Positions 26,086 through 37,052 of a stretch of DNA of 64,000 bases are shown here, piece after piece (positions within the stretch are counted from its first letter, which is position 1; every line of letters starts with the position of its first letter). The translations under genes and the position numbers were made by a program. The stretch is from Halocafeteria seosinensis (taxonomy: Eukaryota). The stretch spans positions 62,001 to 126,000 of the forward strand of contig LVLI01000140.1 in NCBI GenBank assembly GCA_001687465.1. The letters are read 5' to 3'. The notes under the pieces are model-generated. The model saw nothing but the letters and a program-made list of their open reading frames with translations. It searched no databases and was not told where the DNA came from.

Positions 26086-27434
26086 ATGTGCAAGTACCAC
26101 TATCAGCAGGGAAGAATATTGGTCGAACAGGTCGCGTTGAAACTCCCTCACTTGGTGAGCATGCATTCATGGACACGGCAAGCGCTGAAAGAGCTGCGTG
26201 AAGATGACGAGGACCGAGAGGAATGTGACTGCAATATAACCCCAGAAGAGTATTATTGGCTCGATACAAAGAAATTGTAAGCCCTGCCACTGGTGCAGTG
26301 TACCCTGGAATGAAATTCATGCCTAAAATGCCTAGTAAAAAATTGCATTCTCAGAGACGAACCCTTGGCGAGCTGTTACGTTCCTTTACAAGCTGACGCT
26401 GCTACACGCGAATTTCTTGATGTAAGGAAAATTCGACCGTTTGTAATGGGACTAGAATTCTTGTACTTAATCGGCAGTGAATTTGTGTGCAGAGCGCGCA
26501 AGACCCGCTTTGGCGACACTTCCTGACATCTGCACTGACCGTGTTCTTTGATTATTCTTACGTGAACAACCTTCTCAGCAGTAAGTAAGCCGAAGTGCTT
26601 CCCTCCCGACCTAGTTTAACGACTCAACGGAGATGTAAATCTGGTCATGTCAGGGGGTCAATTGTTCGTTGTTTCCGCGGAACAGGTTGAGAAGCTGTTG
26701 CACCGTGTCGCCAATTTTGAAAGAGAACGCCGACATAAGCTGCTAGATGTGGGCGCCGCCGATGGAAATGTCACACTACAGCTGGAAAAGCTCGGCTTCG
26801 ACACTATTGTTGCAACAGAAGTTGAATCCCATTTTGTGAGAACACTGAAATCTCATGGTTTTGTTTCGGTGAAAACAGACAGTGTTGATGCCGTCAAACA
26901 ATATGGCCCATTCGATATGGTTAGGTGAGTGCGAATGATCGTATATATACATCTTCTGCTCTTCTCGCCTAATATGATATTTGTGGCTTTATCCGACATT
27001 TGGTACAAACAGCTGCCTCAATGTGGTAGATCGATGTGATTTTCCGATGCAAATGCTGAGGGATATAAAGGATGCTCTTTGTGGGGATGGGGTACTGTTA
27101 TTGTCGGTTGTTTTGCCGCTGAATGACTTTGTTCGAGGTTCCAGTGGTCAAATGCGGCCCCCGGTAAAACCTTTAACGGAAGGTATTCCTCGATGCGGAA
27201 GCCATTCCCAGTTTGAAACAGCCATGCGAGCGTTCCACGATTTAGTGTTATCCCCCTTGGTAAGTATAGGTCATCAGTTTCTGGGATCAAGATTAGCATT
27301 TGGTTAATTTGTCCGATGTTGTTCTGCAGGGGTTACATGTAAAAGCAGTATCTAGAGTTCCGTATCTATGCGGAGGGGACGCTTACACTTCTTGGTACGC
27401 GCTTCCAAACGCGATATTCGTGCTTGGCAAGTAG
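26086..27434 (+). CDS. METTL9: METTL9/DREV protein-histidine methyltransferase, multi-exon
   Basis: NNLLS|RGQLFVVS, LLDVGAADGNVT, ATE, SCLNVVDRCD.P, LSVVLP, SRVPYLCGGD...Y.L..AIFVL. Confidence 0.88.
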
Positions 27435-27859
27435 AACCGTCTCTGATGTTCTATCACTCTTCACATCCAATTTTATTTTGCCGAAGGGCATACGCTACCA
27501 GCCAAGTATCAGAGGTTGGAACGAGTTATCAAACGAATATCGGGATTATTGAGAACCAAGAGCATTGTGTATATCGTTGGAAATAAACTTTAATGTTATT
27601 GACCGCTCTAATCACAGCACAAGGAATCCACCCTAACATGGAGATAGAAATGCGATGCTTGCAGACACCACAAGAAAAGTAGATACTGATTGAAGTAATT
27701 TCAAACGCGGGTGCATCGTTTCACGCATCAGGAAATTTGGAATATATGAAAAGGCATCGTGAAACTTGTTTCTGTACAATTTGCTTAGCCTGATTTTAGC
27801 AAGTCCTGGACACTCACACTTTGGATGCTCCTCCCGCAACTGATGTATCGCAAGGCCTC

Positions 27860-28688
27860 ATTCGAAGTCAATGGAAGTGGATTTCACTGCTGGACAACAC
27901 CGGAACCAGACGGTCTTCAGGAAGTGCTGGACACTCGCCAATTGACTGTCCTTCCTGCAACGATTCTGTATCACAAAGCTGCTAAAGTGCAAGTATTGGA
28001 TACCACCCAATTGACTGTCCCTCTCGCGACGATGTTGTAACAGAAGAGCCGGCACTAAACAGCTACGAAGAAGGAAAGTTGGCCATCGTAAAGCGTCAAT
28101 GGAAGCCACTGCTGTGACAGCTTCTGAAGCAGCCTCTGAAGCAGCCGGTCTTGGACTTCTCAACTTGCGACTGACTGTCCCTACCTATGCCATGTGGATT
28201 TGCGTCTGTGCCACAAGGAATGATGGCATACTCAGCTTGGATTGTTACAAAAAGTGTGAGCATGATGACAACGGTTACATATTAGATACAAATGTACTAC
28301 GTCTTACTTGAATACTTCTTAGATTTTCATAGTTATAGGAGTTAGTGAATTGGTACTTCGACAAATGGCTGATGCTCAATAAGTATGGTAATTCCTTTAC
28401 TCTGTATTCCAGAAATGTTGAGTCTTGAAAAATTGAGCACATACCTTACAGACTTACTACCCATTTTATTTCCAGGAATATGGACTCAACATTGTTGGAT
28501 GCAATACTGTAGGACTCAGTCCCGCACAGAAGGCAATGCTGGAGAAAGTTCCATATGCAGAGCAATCTCGGTACGCTGCTTTGACTGGAAACGCCGATAC
28601 CGATACCGTTGTGCATCCGCTTGACCGCTCTGCCTCGCGATTAGTGGAGAATATCAATAGGGCATCGGAGATTGAGCTTTCACAATAA
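27860..28688 (+). pseudogene. Degenerate coding-like fragment with internal imperfect repeats and an intact-looking terminal exon
   Basis: Repeated ccaattgactgtcc (PIDCPS) and QWK..LL motifs with in-frame stops. Acceptor ttccag at ~28475, then EYGLNIVGCNTVGLSPAQKAMLEKVPY...SEIELSQ*. Confidence 0.25.
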
Positions 28689-28722
28689 TCGGTGATAAAA
28701 CTAAGCACTGCTTAGTAAGCAG

Positions 28723-31700
28723 TCATGCTGAACTGTCCAAGCCCCGAGCTGGCTTTTTAGAGCGACTCCTGGAGTGACCAAGCCCTAAGAGAGGATTACC
28801 GTTGAAAAACTCCCCGGAGGCTCCTGAAGGCCGAACTTGGTCAAATTCTATTTTTTGACTAGTTCCCCTGTGCAATTGATTCCTGGTATAGTTGACTATC
28901 CGTCGCGGCATTGTATGTTTGCGAGCAAACTCTAGCTCCGTCAAGTGTTTGTCTGCCGAGTCTCCAGCTCTTCCGCGGGAATTGGCGCTTGCTTTGTCAC
29001 AATGCGCAGCCGTGTCGGAGAGAGTTTCTATTTCGACTAACGGTTGCGGCTCCGCCAATACCAGAGCCTTCCATTGTCTCAACTTCAGGTTCATTCGATC
29101 CCGAATTCCCAAATCAGATTTGTCGATATTGTGGCCAAACGCCACTTGTATCAGATGCTCGGGATATGCTCGAGGGCAGCTGGTAGATACAACACGTACC
29201 CGATCGGGCCTAGGACAAGTAGTTGATGACAGGTCGACAAAGACAAGGCCACCTCCCGTAGACCGTCCATCGTCGCTATGCGCATTACCCATACTAGCTT
29301 CCCCTCCCTTACTTGGTTGATACGCCAAGGGATTGATTCCAGTTAGACCGCTTCTATCTGTCTGCCCCTTCACCAACTCAGGCGGGGATGGGTTTCCCCC
29401 TTCAGTACTGTGAGGGTAATAGGATACCATATCCCGTGGAATCCCCATTTTGTCCGCGTGAAATGTAATTGCCTCCTCAACTGGCGATGGTTGGCGTCGT
29501 TTTCTGTGTAGAATAAAGAAAAACAAGACGATCGCTATTAGGCCAAAGAATAAGGGCACTGCCAGTGCCACGGTATCGCCACCTTTTCCTGAGTTGTTTC
29601 TTGCAGAAGCGCTGTTATGCTTATCGTCGAAACCAATATATGAAAACAAATCTGAATCTACAGTAAGGACGACAGTATGGTTAGTGACTAATATCCGTCT
29701 TCCTTCGATGCTTACGCTGGTGGATAGCGGAAATGCCAGGAACCGGCCTACAGTTTGTTCTCTCTTGGACTGAAAATGCTTCAGTACTAGGTCCCCGGCG
29801 TTTTCCGATACTCTCAATGCCAGGATGTAAGTGTATAGTCGGCACGTTTTCCGAGCACTTTGTCTACCCCAGCAAGACTCATTGGAAACCAGCGTAGATG
29901 TAGCATGTAATGGGAGACTAGGACCTTCGTTGGAGCTCTCGTCACTTTGACCACATCCAATGAATACTTCGTAATCACTGGGTTGTTGATGCCCGAAGAA
30001 ATCCTCTTGACAAGAGCTTGCAAATATTGCCTCTGTTCCTACAATGCTCTGTACGCTTGCATTAAAAGTCCCAATAGTAGAAGTCTTTGCAAAGTCTTCG
30101 ATTAAGAGAATGGGATCGAATTGCATTGAAACACAATTAAGCGGTTCGATAACTCCGCAAGACGAGACAAATGCGCGCGAACTGTTATGTAATTGGAAAA
30201 CACTGGATGGTGTCGAGCTTGGAGTTTGGAATCTTGTAGTGGGTGCCGCAATTGGCGAACCAATTTTCGAATTTCCTGGCACGTTTGGGGTCCCTGTCAT
30301 AGGAAGGCTTTTCGGGAAACTTCTGCTAGGTGAAGAAGTCACCGTTCCAATGTTGTCGGTTGGAGTGACGCTGTTCGAAGCCGTGCTGCATGTTGTCCTT
30401 AGCGACGCTGTAATCGAGGGACTTTTCGACAAAGTTTCCGTAGGAGTTTTGCTTGATGAAGATGTTGGAGACACTGTCCCTGTGTTGCTAGTGGTAACAG
30501 TTCGGGTGAAACTTCCAGACGCAGTGTAGGAAGAGGTTGCGGACAATGTCGACGTCTGCGTCTGACTCTGGGAGGGACTTGCTGACGGAGTCGCCGTACT
30601 GCTAGTGGTAGTAGTTGGGGTGAAACTTCCAGACGCAGTGTACGAAGAGGTTGCGGACAGTGTCGACGTCCGCGTGGGACTCTGGGAGGGACTTGCTGAC
30701 GGAGTCACCGTATTGCTAGTGGTAGTAGTTGGGGTGAAACTTCCAGACGCAGTGTACGAAGAGGTTGCGGACAGTGTCGACGTCCGCGTGGGACTCTGGG
30801 AGGGACTTGCTGACGGAGTCACCGTATTGCTAGTGGTAGTAGTTGGGGTGACACTACCCGACTCACTAATTGAAGGGGTTCCGGACGCTGTTGGCGTCTG
30901 CGAGGAACTCTTGGAAGGGTTTGCTGATGGCGTTATGCTTGCTGTAGGAAAGGCAGTCCCAGCAGGTTGAACCGTAGGGATGGTTCGTAGTTCAGGATAT
31001 TTTCCCGCAGATCGAATAAACCAAATCTGAGCAGGCCATTCGTGTGTGGACGTTTGGTATAATTTACCTCTGATTTCATCAAGATCAGCAGAATTTCCAT
31101 GGCTATCGAGAATGTCAGCCGTGTCTTCATCTACAATGTTTCCGTTGTCCACATCACTATCATGCACTGAGTATTTGACCTGCACTTTCTGAGCTGACGA
31201 AGAGATACTTCCAAGCATGAATGGTCTTCCGTGAGGAACACTGGATAACATGTACACATTTTGGATTCGAACAATGCCACCTTCCTCGCCGGTGTTGGCA
31301 CCACATATTCCACCTGTTCCACTGCTGCTTTCTTTGACATTTCCAGTGCTATATGAGTCTGAAATCTCGAAGATGCCGTCCTTCTGAGCTGCATTTCTTC
31401 CAGAAATACCACCACTTTGACTTCCTTCCACGTTCCCTGTAGAAAAGCACTGGGACACACTGACAAAACCACCTTTCCATCCCGCATGTTCACCAACAAT
31501 CCCTCCACTCCCTTCGCCTTTAATATCCCCTGTAGAATAACAACGAACAACATGAACTGTGCCACCGTTGTAACCAGGGTCATCTCCGCAAATTCCACCT
31601 GCCCGTGGACCTCTAATTTCGCCGGTGGAGTAGCAGTCGGTTATGTTTGCTGTACCACCATTTCTAGCGACTCGATCTCCCACTATGCCCCCAGTGAGCC

Positions 31701-32241
31701 CGTCGAACACATCTCCAGTTGTATGTGAGTTCGTAATTTCGATGACTCCTCCATCCTTGCCTGCGGTCTCGCCCGCGATCCCACCACTGCAGCAGATGCC
31801 TGCAGCTCGAATTTCCCCCGTAGCGCTACAATGGTTTACTCGGAAGAATCTTTGACTTCCTCGAACTATGAACGCACCACCCCTCGCAGTTACTCCGTGT
31901 AATGTGTGGACATGCTGAATCAAAGGAGCATTCTCAAAAGAGTCCACACTGCTCTCCATGTTGAATAGGCCAGCAAAATCGTCCATTCCCGCTAAATCAA
32001 TGGTGAAATTCTGCCCATCAAATATCTCGTTCGGTCCCAATGTAATATGATCGTGGTTTCCGTAACCTTTAGTTTGCCACTCAATGTCACATGTTTGAGT
32101 AAGCGTTCCGTGACTGGAATCGTAACTGATACAGGATTCATTGTTCCGAAGATCATTTTCCCCTGCAACTTGTCCCACCAAGAAAGAAAAGATCATACTA
32201 ATGAGCGCCACATACGACAACGAAAAGGGTAGGATCCTCAT
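28723..32241 (-). CDS. Single-pass membrane protein: signal peptide, GLUG-motif beta-helix-like repeats, Ser/Thr mucin-like stalk, TM, cytoplasmic tail; intronless
   Basis: MRILPFSLSYVALISMIFSFLVGQVAG leader; repeated CYSTGxIxGxxxGGIxG; TPSASPSQS repeats; VALAVPLFFGLIAIVLFFFIL followed by HRKRR stop-transfer. Confidence 0.85.
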   Translation of the reverse strand: MRILPFSLSYVALISMIFSFLVGQVAGENDLRNNESCISYDSSHGTLTQTCDIEWQTKGYGNHDHITLGPNEIFDGQNFTIDLAGMDDFAGLFNMESSVDSFENAPLIQHVHTLHGVTARGGAFIVRGSQRFFRVNHCSATGEIRAAGICCSGGIAGETAGKDGGVIEITNSHTTGDVFDGLTGGIVGDRVARNGGTANITDCYSTGEIRGPRAGGICGDDPGYNGGTVHVVRCYSTGDIKGEGSGGIVGEHAGWKGGFVSVSQCFSTGNVEGSQSGGISGRNAAQKDGIFEISDSYSTGNVKESSSGTGGICGANTGEEGGIVRIQNVYMLSSVPHGRPFMLGSISSSAQKVQVKYSVHDSDVDNGNIVDEDTADILDSHGNSADLDEIRGKLYQTSTHEWPAQIWFIRSAGKYPELRTIPTVQPAGTAFPTASITPSANPSKSSSQTPTASGTPSISESGSVTPTTTTSNTVTPSASPSQSPTRTSTLSATSSYTASGSFTPTTTTSNTVTPSASPSQSPTRTSTLSATSSYTASGSFTPTTTTSSTATPSASPSQSQTQTSTLSATSSYTASGSFTRTVTTSNTGTVSPTSSSSKTPTETLSKSPSITASLRTTCSTASNSVTPTDNIGTVTSSPSRSFPKSLPMTGTPNVPGNSKIGSPIAAPTTRFQTPSSTPSSVFQLHNSSRAFVSSCGVIEPLNCVSMQFDPILLIEDFAKTSTIGTFNASVQSIVGTEAIFASSCQEDFFGHQQPSDYEVFIGCGQSDESSNEGPSLPLHATSTLVSNESCWGRQSARKTCRLYTYILALRVSENAGDLVLKHFQSKREQTVGRFLAFPLSTSVSIEGRRILVTNHTVVLTVDSDLFSYIGFDDKHNSASARNNSGKGGDTVALAVPLFFGLIAIVLFFFILHRKRRQPSPVEEAITFHADKMGIPRDMVSYYPHSTEGGNPSPPELVKGQTDRSGLTGINPLAYQPSKGGEASMGNAHSDDGRSTGGGLVFVDLSSTTCPRPDRVRVVSTSCPRAYPEHLIQVAFGHNIDKSDLGIRDRMNLKLRQWKALVLAEPQPLVEIETLSDTAAHCDKASANSRGRAGDSADKHLTELEFARKHTMPRRIVNYTRNQLHRGTSQKIEFDQVRPSGASGEFFNGNPLLGLGHSRSRSKKPARGLDSSA
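30487..30851. repeat. 114-bp coding tandem repeat, ~3.2 copies (38-aa Ser/Thr unit)
   Basis: gctagtggta recurs at 30487, 30601, 30715 and 30829. Unit TPTTTTSNTVTPSASPSQSPTRTSTLSATSSYTASGSF; two copies are identical. Confidence 0.95.
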
Positions 32242-32967
32242 CTTCACGGCTTCCTGTTTTGATAAGACAGGATTGAGAACAGATCCAGCGGAGCGATAGA
32301 AGCATCTATCTCCATTTTGATGACACCGACGCCCCATAAGACTATCTCGTGGACACACATCTTTGAGCGGAGAAAAAAAGAAAGGGGGGGGGGGTGTAAT
32401 ACGACGTGTATAGCCGCTCTGGTCCTTCTTGAAAGGTAGCGGTAGCATGCGCTGTACCACTCCCGTCACAGGGCATTTTCAATGCTTTCTCAAATCTTCC
32501 CCGTGCACTCCTGTTTAATTTTCCATGGCAATGACGTCCAGCGTCCCTTAACCTACTATGAATCGTTTTTGAATAACACTCGAATCCTTAAACCACGACC
32601 CACCTTTCACCGTGAGGTGCAGCTGGAAGCAAGTTCTCGAGAGGGACAATTCTGACGACAGGAGACCATAAAATTGAGATAATCAACTATACCTCTACTT
32701 TCACGGCCTGCTATAAATGAATGCGTCAAGCGACTCATGGTTCACCGGTACGTCACACCTACCCTGTGAGGTACTGGCGACGCGATGCGTTAATGGGACA
32801 TTGTGACTTACCAGGGAAGTTACCATCATGCAGAAGTTAGCAGATTATCTACCCTACGCAGTTGATTTGTCCACATGAAGCATCGAGGGGAATTCAAACC
32901 GACTGTTTATTTTGTAGTTGAACAAACGGAACCATCGTTTCGCTATATAATAATACATTGTAGGATC

Positions 32968-34448
32968 ATTGGTGGGTGCATCTCGCGGAAACTGCAGCCG
33001 AGAGATCCAGCAGGGAAAGAACCAGAGCCTACACTTGCAGAACTTTTGGAAACGTTGGGTCTCGGCAACCTCCCAGGGCATGCAGCAGTTTTTTGACTGA
33101 TACTAGGTAGGCATGCTGAATGTTAAGTGTATTCAACTGTTCCAAGCTTAACTTCCGCGTGTACATGTAGATGCACGCGGGTCCGGGGCAGATGCCGGCA
33201 CGACCGCGAGTCAGCGGTGTAAGGAAGAACTGAAGCAGGAAATGGAAAGGCTCTTCAGTCATCGGTCAACCGATTCAGAAAAAAAGTGTTGATCGTGCGC
33301 ACTTTGGCCGCATGGATGGTCGGTCTTCTGAAGCTGACCGAAACGGGAGAATTACAAGGAGAGCTCCGAGAAGCGGCTAAGGAAGTTCCTATGCTCTCCA
33401 AGCCTCAGCCATGGACTGTACTTCCAATTCACAGTAAGTCGTTGAGGATTCTTTGGAATTCTCCACCGATTAAGGCTTCCTATAAGAAGAAGCATGATGG
33501 CGGTTTCTTTGACTTATTCCGACGAATGTCAGACAAGGATTCTCTTGACAACACTATTCCCGGTTGGTTCACCATAAGTCCTCTGATGGCTGGTAGTTGT
33601 GCAGAGTCTTCGAAACGACGGGGACGGAATCACTACCTGGATTTGTTCCCTCTACAGAGTACTATTCCGCAGTCATTACAATGCCATCAAACATTGATCG
33701 TGCTGGTTTATCAATCGATGATGTTTGCGTAGAGTGAGAGCCCTAATGCATCATGCGAAGTTTTCCTATGTTCAGTTTACGTGCATCACGGATGATTGCA
33801 GAGCATGCTTTCCAATCCATGTGCCACGCAGTAAGAGGAAGGCGGAGTGGTACTCCCCGTCTGCCGTTGAGTTAACAGTCTTCATCGTGGCTCTAGATGA
33901 TTATGATCGATGCGTCGAGAACGATTCTCATAAGAATTGTTTGACCGCCGCTATTGACAGATTTCACGAGCTGTATAATACGTGAAGTCTTCGGTCTAAG
34001 GGAATTTTCTTGTTGCTTCTAAATAAAGACGTATTCGAAGAGAAACTATCGAATGAGGGGTTGTGAATGCTCGCGTAGTGCCCAAGTATTCGGCAACCTG
34101 ATCCAGAGGATTCAAGCAAAATGCTGTTTGACGATTATGAAGGCGGGGAGGATCTGTGGTGCTGGTATCCGGTACATCATTGAGAAGTTTCGGAGCATAC
34201 GCAGGAGGTACCCAAGTCAACAATATTTTGGCGGCAAGTCAAAGAATCGGGAAGAAACAACGATTGTCTCACGCACCTATGTAACGCGCTTACGCTAGTC
34301 GTACTGAGGGGAACCTGCGAGGTGATGATTCTATGGATGATTCAGAATAGCTACGTGCTTCAAGCTACAACAGTATACAACAGCGCCCGGGGGAGACCAT
34401 TCGAGGTCCTACAGCCAGATGATAAGCCGCTGGATTTTGAATTTTGAC
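32968..34448 (+). pseudogene. Heterotrimeric G-protein alpha subunit pseudogene
   Basis: (I)GGCIS N-terminus, LWNSPPIKASY, SIDDV/LRRVR across a frameshift, VFIVALDDYDRCVENDSHKNCL, FHELYNT*...IFLLLLNKDVFEEKL, LFDDYEGG, THLCNAL. Several stops and frameshifts; the P-loop is degraded. Confidence 0.75.
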
Positions 34449-34571
34449 CTCTTTACATGCTGTGAGAATTTTGCAGAAGTTAGGTGTTGCTCACTGCACC
34501 TTCAGCACATTGTGACCCTTAACAACTTGTGAACGACAGGAATAACGTGGTCCAATCTCCCAAGTACCACC

Positions 34572-36077
34572 TTAACGTGTTCCCTTCTGGTTTCCTAACG
34601 AAAATGCATCGTACCTATCCTTCTTGCTTTTCCAGAGGGAGAAGATGTGACGTTTTGTACCGCAAGGGGAGTGAAAACGTTCTTTCTTGTCCGAATAACC
34701 ATTGACACTTCGTTTGACAGTCTTATAGTGATTTAGCAACACATGGTCCGACAGATGCTGTTGTTCTTGGTAACGCTGGGCAATCGCCGCCCATATGAAA
34801 AATAGACATAACTTGCTTACCCTAGACTGTACTTGTTGAAGGCAAGACTTTTTACCAGCTCCTTCTATCAATCCTCGATGTCCTATCACTACCTCCAATG
34901 TGCCTTCAACCGTGACAGCCATATTAGAGACAGTCGGAGTGAAGCGAAGCACAATCTTCTTTTCGCGTCGCCGGCCCACCGCTTTACTTACAGTCGGAAA
35001 ATCGCGGTCCAAAGTAGTATCAGTAAACGGAGACGGATTGCTATTCCCAACGAACGTCATTGATAGAGGAGATGGATCCAGATTTTCCGAGCGATAGCGG
35101 TGTATGTCCAAAGAAAACGGTTGAGCCCGAAAGGTTGCGTCTCTTGCATGCATATCCGTTCTTCTTTGAGTCATAGCCTGTTCCATAGACTTTAGCGCTG
35201 TGTTTGTGGAGTAGGGAGCACACGGAGAAAGCGCCAAAACGTATGAGCTAACTCGTATGGGCTCACTCAACAAAGTTGCAAGCAAAGCCCCCTGAAATCC
35301 GATAAAATGCCACCGTGTTAGTTTGTCAGTGCAACTTATGCTTTCCGATTTCAACCTGTCGGGTAGATCAGTCCTCCCAGGTTTCAAACGCACATATCCT
35401 GGAACCTGCTCGTTCTCGTTACTGGAGCTCGTATCCAGCGGCTTTGCCCCCGTGGCGCGATGATATACCCCTCCTACAGATCTGCCATTTCCGTTGCTTG
35501 TTGCCTCCACTTTCTGTCGCTTTGCTCTGTGTTCGCCTTCCTGTTCCGGCTCTTTGTGCTTTTCAACGCTGTCGGGGACGATAGCTGCATCGCCACATGG
35601 GAGTTCGCTTAGGAGCAGAGTTAGTGTAGTTGTTTCACGTAATCTGTACTGCGGGACTTTCAGGCATTGATCGGACGCTGACGATGAGGGGGCCGGGAGG
35701 GTCATGGAGTCTGAGTTTGCACATCGCTCTAGCCATTTCAGTTCATTCCCATGTCGAATATCACTGTAGATTTCTTGCAGGAAGTAGAAAATCAACGCTC
35801 TTCGTGCTAGGGTCTCCGCATGACAATCATGGAGCACACAGCCTCCAGTATCGTAATGTTCTTTCCCGGGGCACTTGGTTCCAAACCCAGCTGCTAACAC
35901 GGCTCGCTTCCTTGTAGCTGTGTCTTCCGCGACGAACGCTGCCGCTACAGTCCATTCATGTGGTTTCTGCTTCTTGGTCCACACGCCTCGTATCACTTTA
36001 TCAAAGAGTTCACAGAGTTCTTCTGTGCGTTCATCGTCCTTCTGTTCACTTGGGGCGGCACCTCCCTCGGCAGCCAT
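34572..36077 (-). CDS. ADAT1: tRNA-specific adenosine deaminase 1 (ADAT1/Tad1, ADAR-type catalytic domain without dsRBD); intronless
   Basis: GTKC, LHDCHAETLARR, PCGDA, RLKPGR, SCTDKLTRW..GFQGALL. Confidence 0.85.
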   Translation of the reverse strand: MAAEGGAAPSEQKDDERTEELCELFDKVIRGVWTKKQKPHEWTVAAAFVAEDTATRKRAVLAAGFGTKCPGKEHYDTGGCVLHDCHAETLARRALIFYFLQEIYSDIRHGNELKWLERCANSDSMTLPAPSSSASDQCLKVPQYRLRETTTLTLLLSELPCGDAAIVPDSVEKHKEPEQEGEHRAKRQKVEATSNGNGRSVGGVYHRATGAKPLDTSSSNENEQVPGYVRLKPGRTDLPDRLKSESISCTDKLTRWHFIGFQGALLATLLSEPIRVSSYVLALSPCAPYSTNTALKSMEQAMTQRRTDMHARDATFRAQPFSLDIHRYRSENLDPSPLSMTFVGNSNPSPFTDTTLDRDFPTVSKAVGRRREKKIVLRFTPTVSNMAVTVEGTLEVVIGHRGLIEGAGKKSCLQQVQSRVSKLCLFFIWAAIAQRYQEQQHLSDHVLLNHYKTVKRSVNGYSDKKERFHSPCGTKRHIFSLWKSKKDRYDAFSLGNQKGTR

Positions 36078-36302
36078 TATAGCATGGCATCCACCCCACT
36101 TATGACAAAAAACTAGCTCGACTTCATTGCATCATACCTGGAACTACAACCCACTACCGTTCTGCCGCACTAAGTGGTGATACCACCAACTTTCCGCTTT
36201 CAGGAATTCAGATGGTAACTTGTGGAACTTGCTGAAAAGGTATTGAACTTGCCTTTTTCCCGACGGGTTTCCAGTTTGTTATGGTTCCCTTACCCAGGCA
36301 TA

Positions 36303-36992
36303 ATGGACACTATCATGGAAGATCAATGCTTCGAAGTGACTCTTGGTGGACAGACACGGCGAATCCGCATGGAACTGCTAACTTCCGATCATGTCAAGCA
36401 AGCGACTGATGTTCTGACTGTTGCATTTGCCAGATCAGACCCTCTGACGACACATTTAGGATACCCAGAGAATGACTGGGCTGAGTTCGGAGAGACTTAT
36501 TGTCGAAAAGCCGCTGCCGAGCGATTGTCGCATGTGGCAGTGGACGACGAGAAAGGCGAAGTTGTAGCTGTCGTAGTCGCTGAGGACGCAAAGGCGGAGC
36601 AGCCAGATCTCTCTCAGCTTAGGAATCCGCTTTGGAAGACTGTAGTGGAAATTTTGGAACGTATCGAACAGGTCTGGTGCCTGGACAAGGTTGGAAAAGG
36701 AGAGGTGTTGCATCATTTCTTACTGGGGACACATCCTGATTACTGCAAAGGAGGGATAATGGGTCGCCTACAGCGACTAAACCTAATGTATGCTCGCGAG
36801 CTTGGGTATCAAAAGGTGGTTACAGAAGCGACAGGCAAATATTCTCAAAGAAGTTACGAAAAGCTTGGCTTTGTTACCGACACCGAAATTCCCTATGATG
36901 GTTCGTACACAACCAAAAGTGGAGAAACTCCGTTCAAGGATTACAAATTGTACGAACATCCGTCCTGTAAAGGCCTATCGCTAGACCTATAG
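36303..36992 (+). CDS. GNAT-family N-acetyltransferase (AANAT-like); intronless
   Basis: FARSDPL, LHHFLLGTHPDYCKGGIMGRL (motif A), VTEATGKYSQRSYEKLGF (motif B). Confidence 0.85.
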   Translation: MDTIMEDQCFEVTLGGQTRRIRMELLTSDHVKQATDVLTVAFARSDPLTTHLGYPENDWAEFGETYCRKAAAERLSHVAVDDEKGEVVAVVVAEDAKAEQPDLSQLRNPLWKTVVEILERIEQVWCLDKVGKGEVLHHFLLGTHPDYCKGGIMGRLQRLNLMYARELGYQKVVTEATGKYSQRSYEKLGFVTDTEIPYDGSYTTKSGETPFKDYKLYEHPSCKGLSLDL

Positions 36993-37052
36993 GATCTCAA
37001 GCCTCTGTAATATCACATCGGCGGTCCGACCTCTTGACCACCATTGTCAGCA

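Noticed and set aside
30487..30851. CRISPR-like array
   Set aside because: Contiguous in-frame coding tandem repeat without unique spacers, in a eukaryotic context.
32968..34448. Stop-codon reassignment or TGA readthrough to explain in-frame TGAs
   Set aside because: Intact genes here terminate with TGA, TAA and TAG, and the affected loci also have frameshifts.
34572..36077. mRNA-editing ADAR
   Set aside because: No dsRNA-binding domains; ADAT1 is the simpler assignment.
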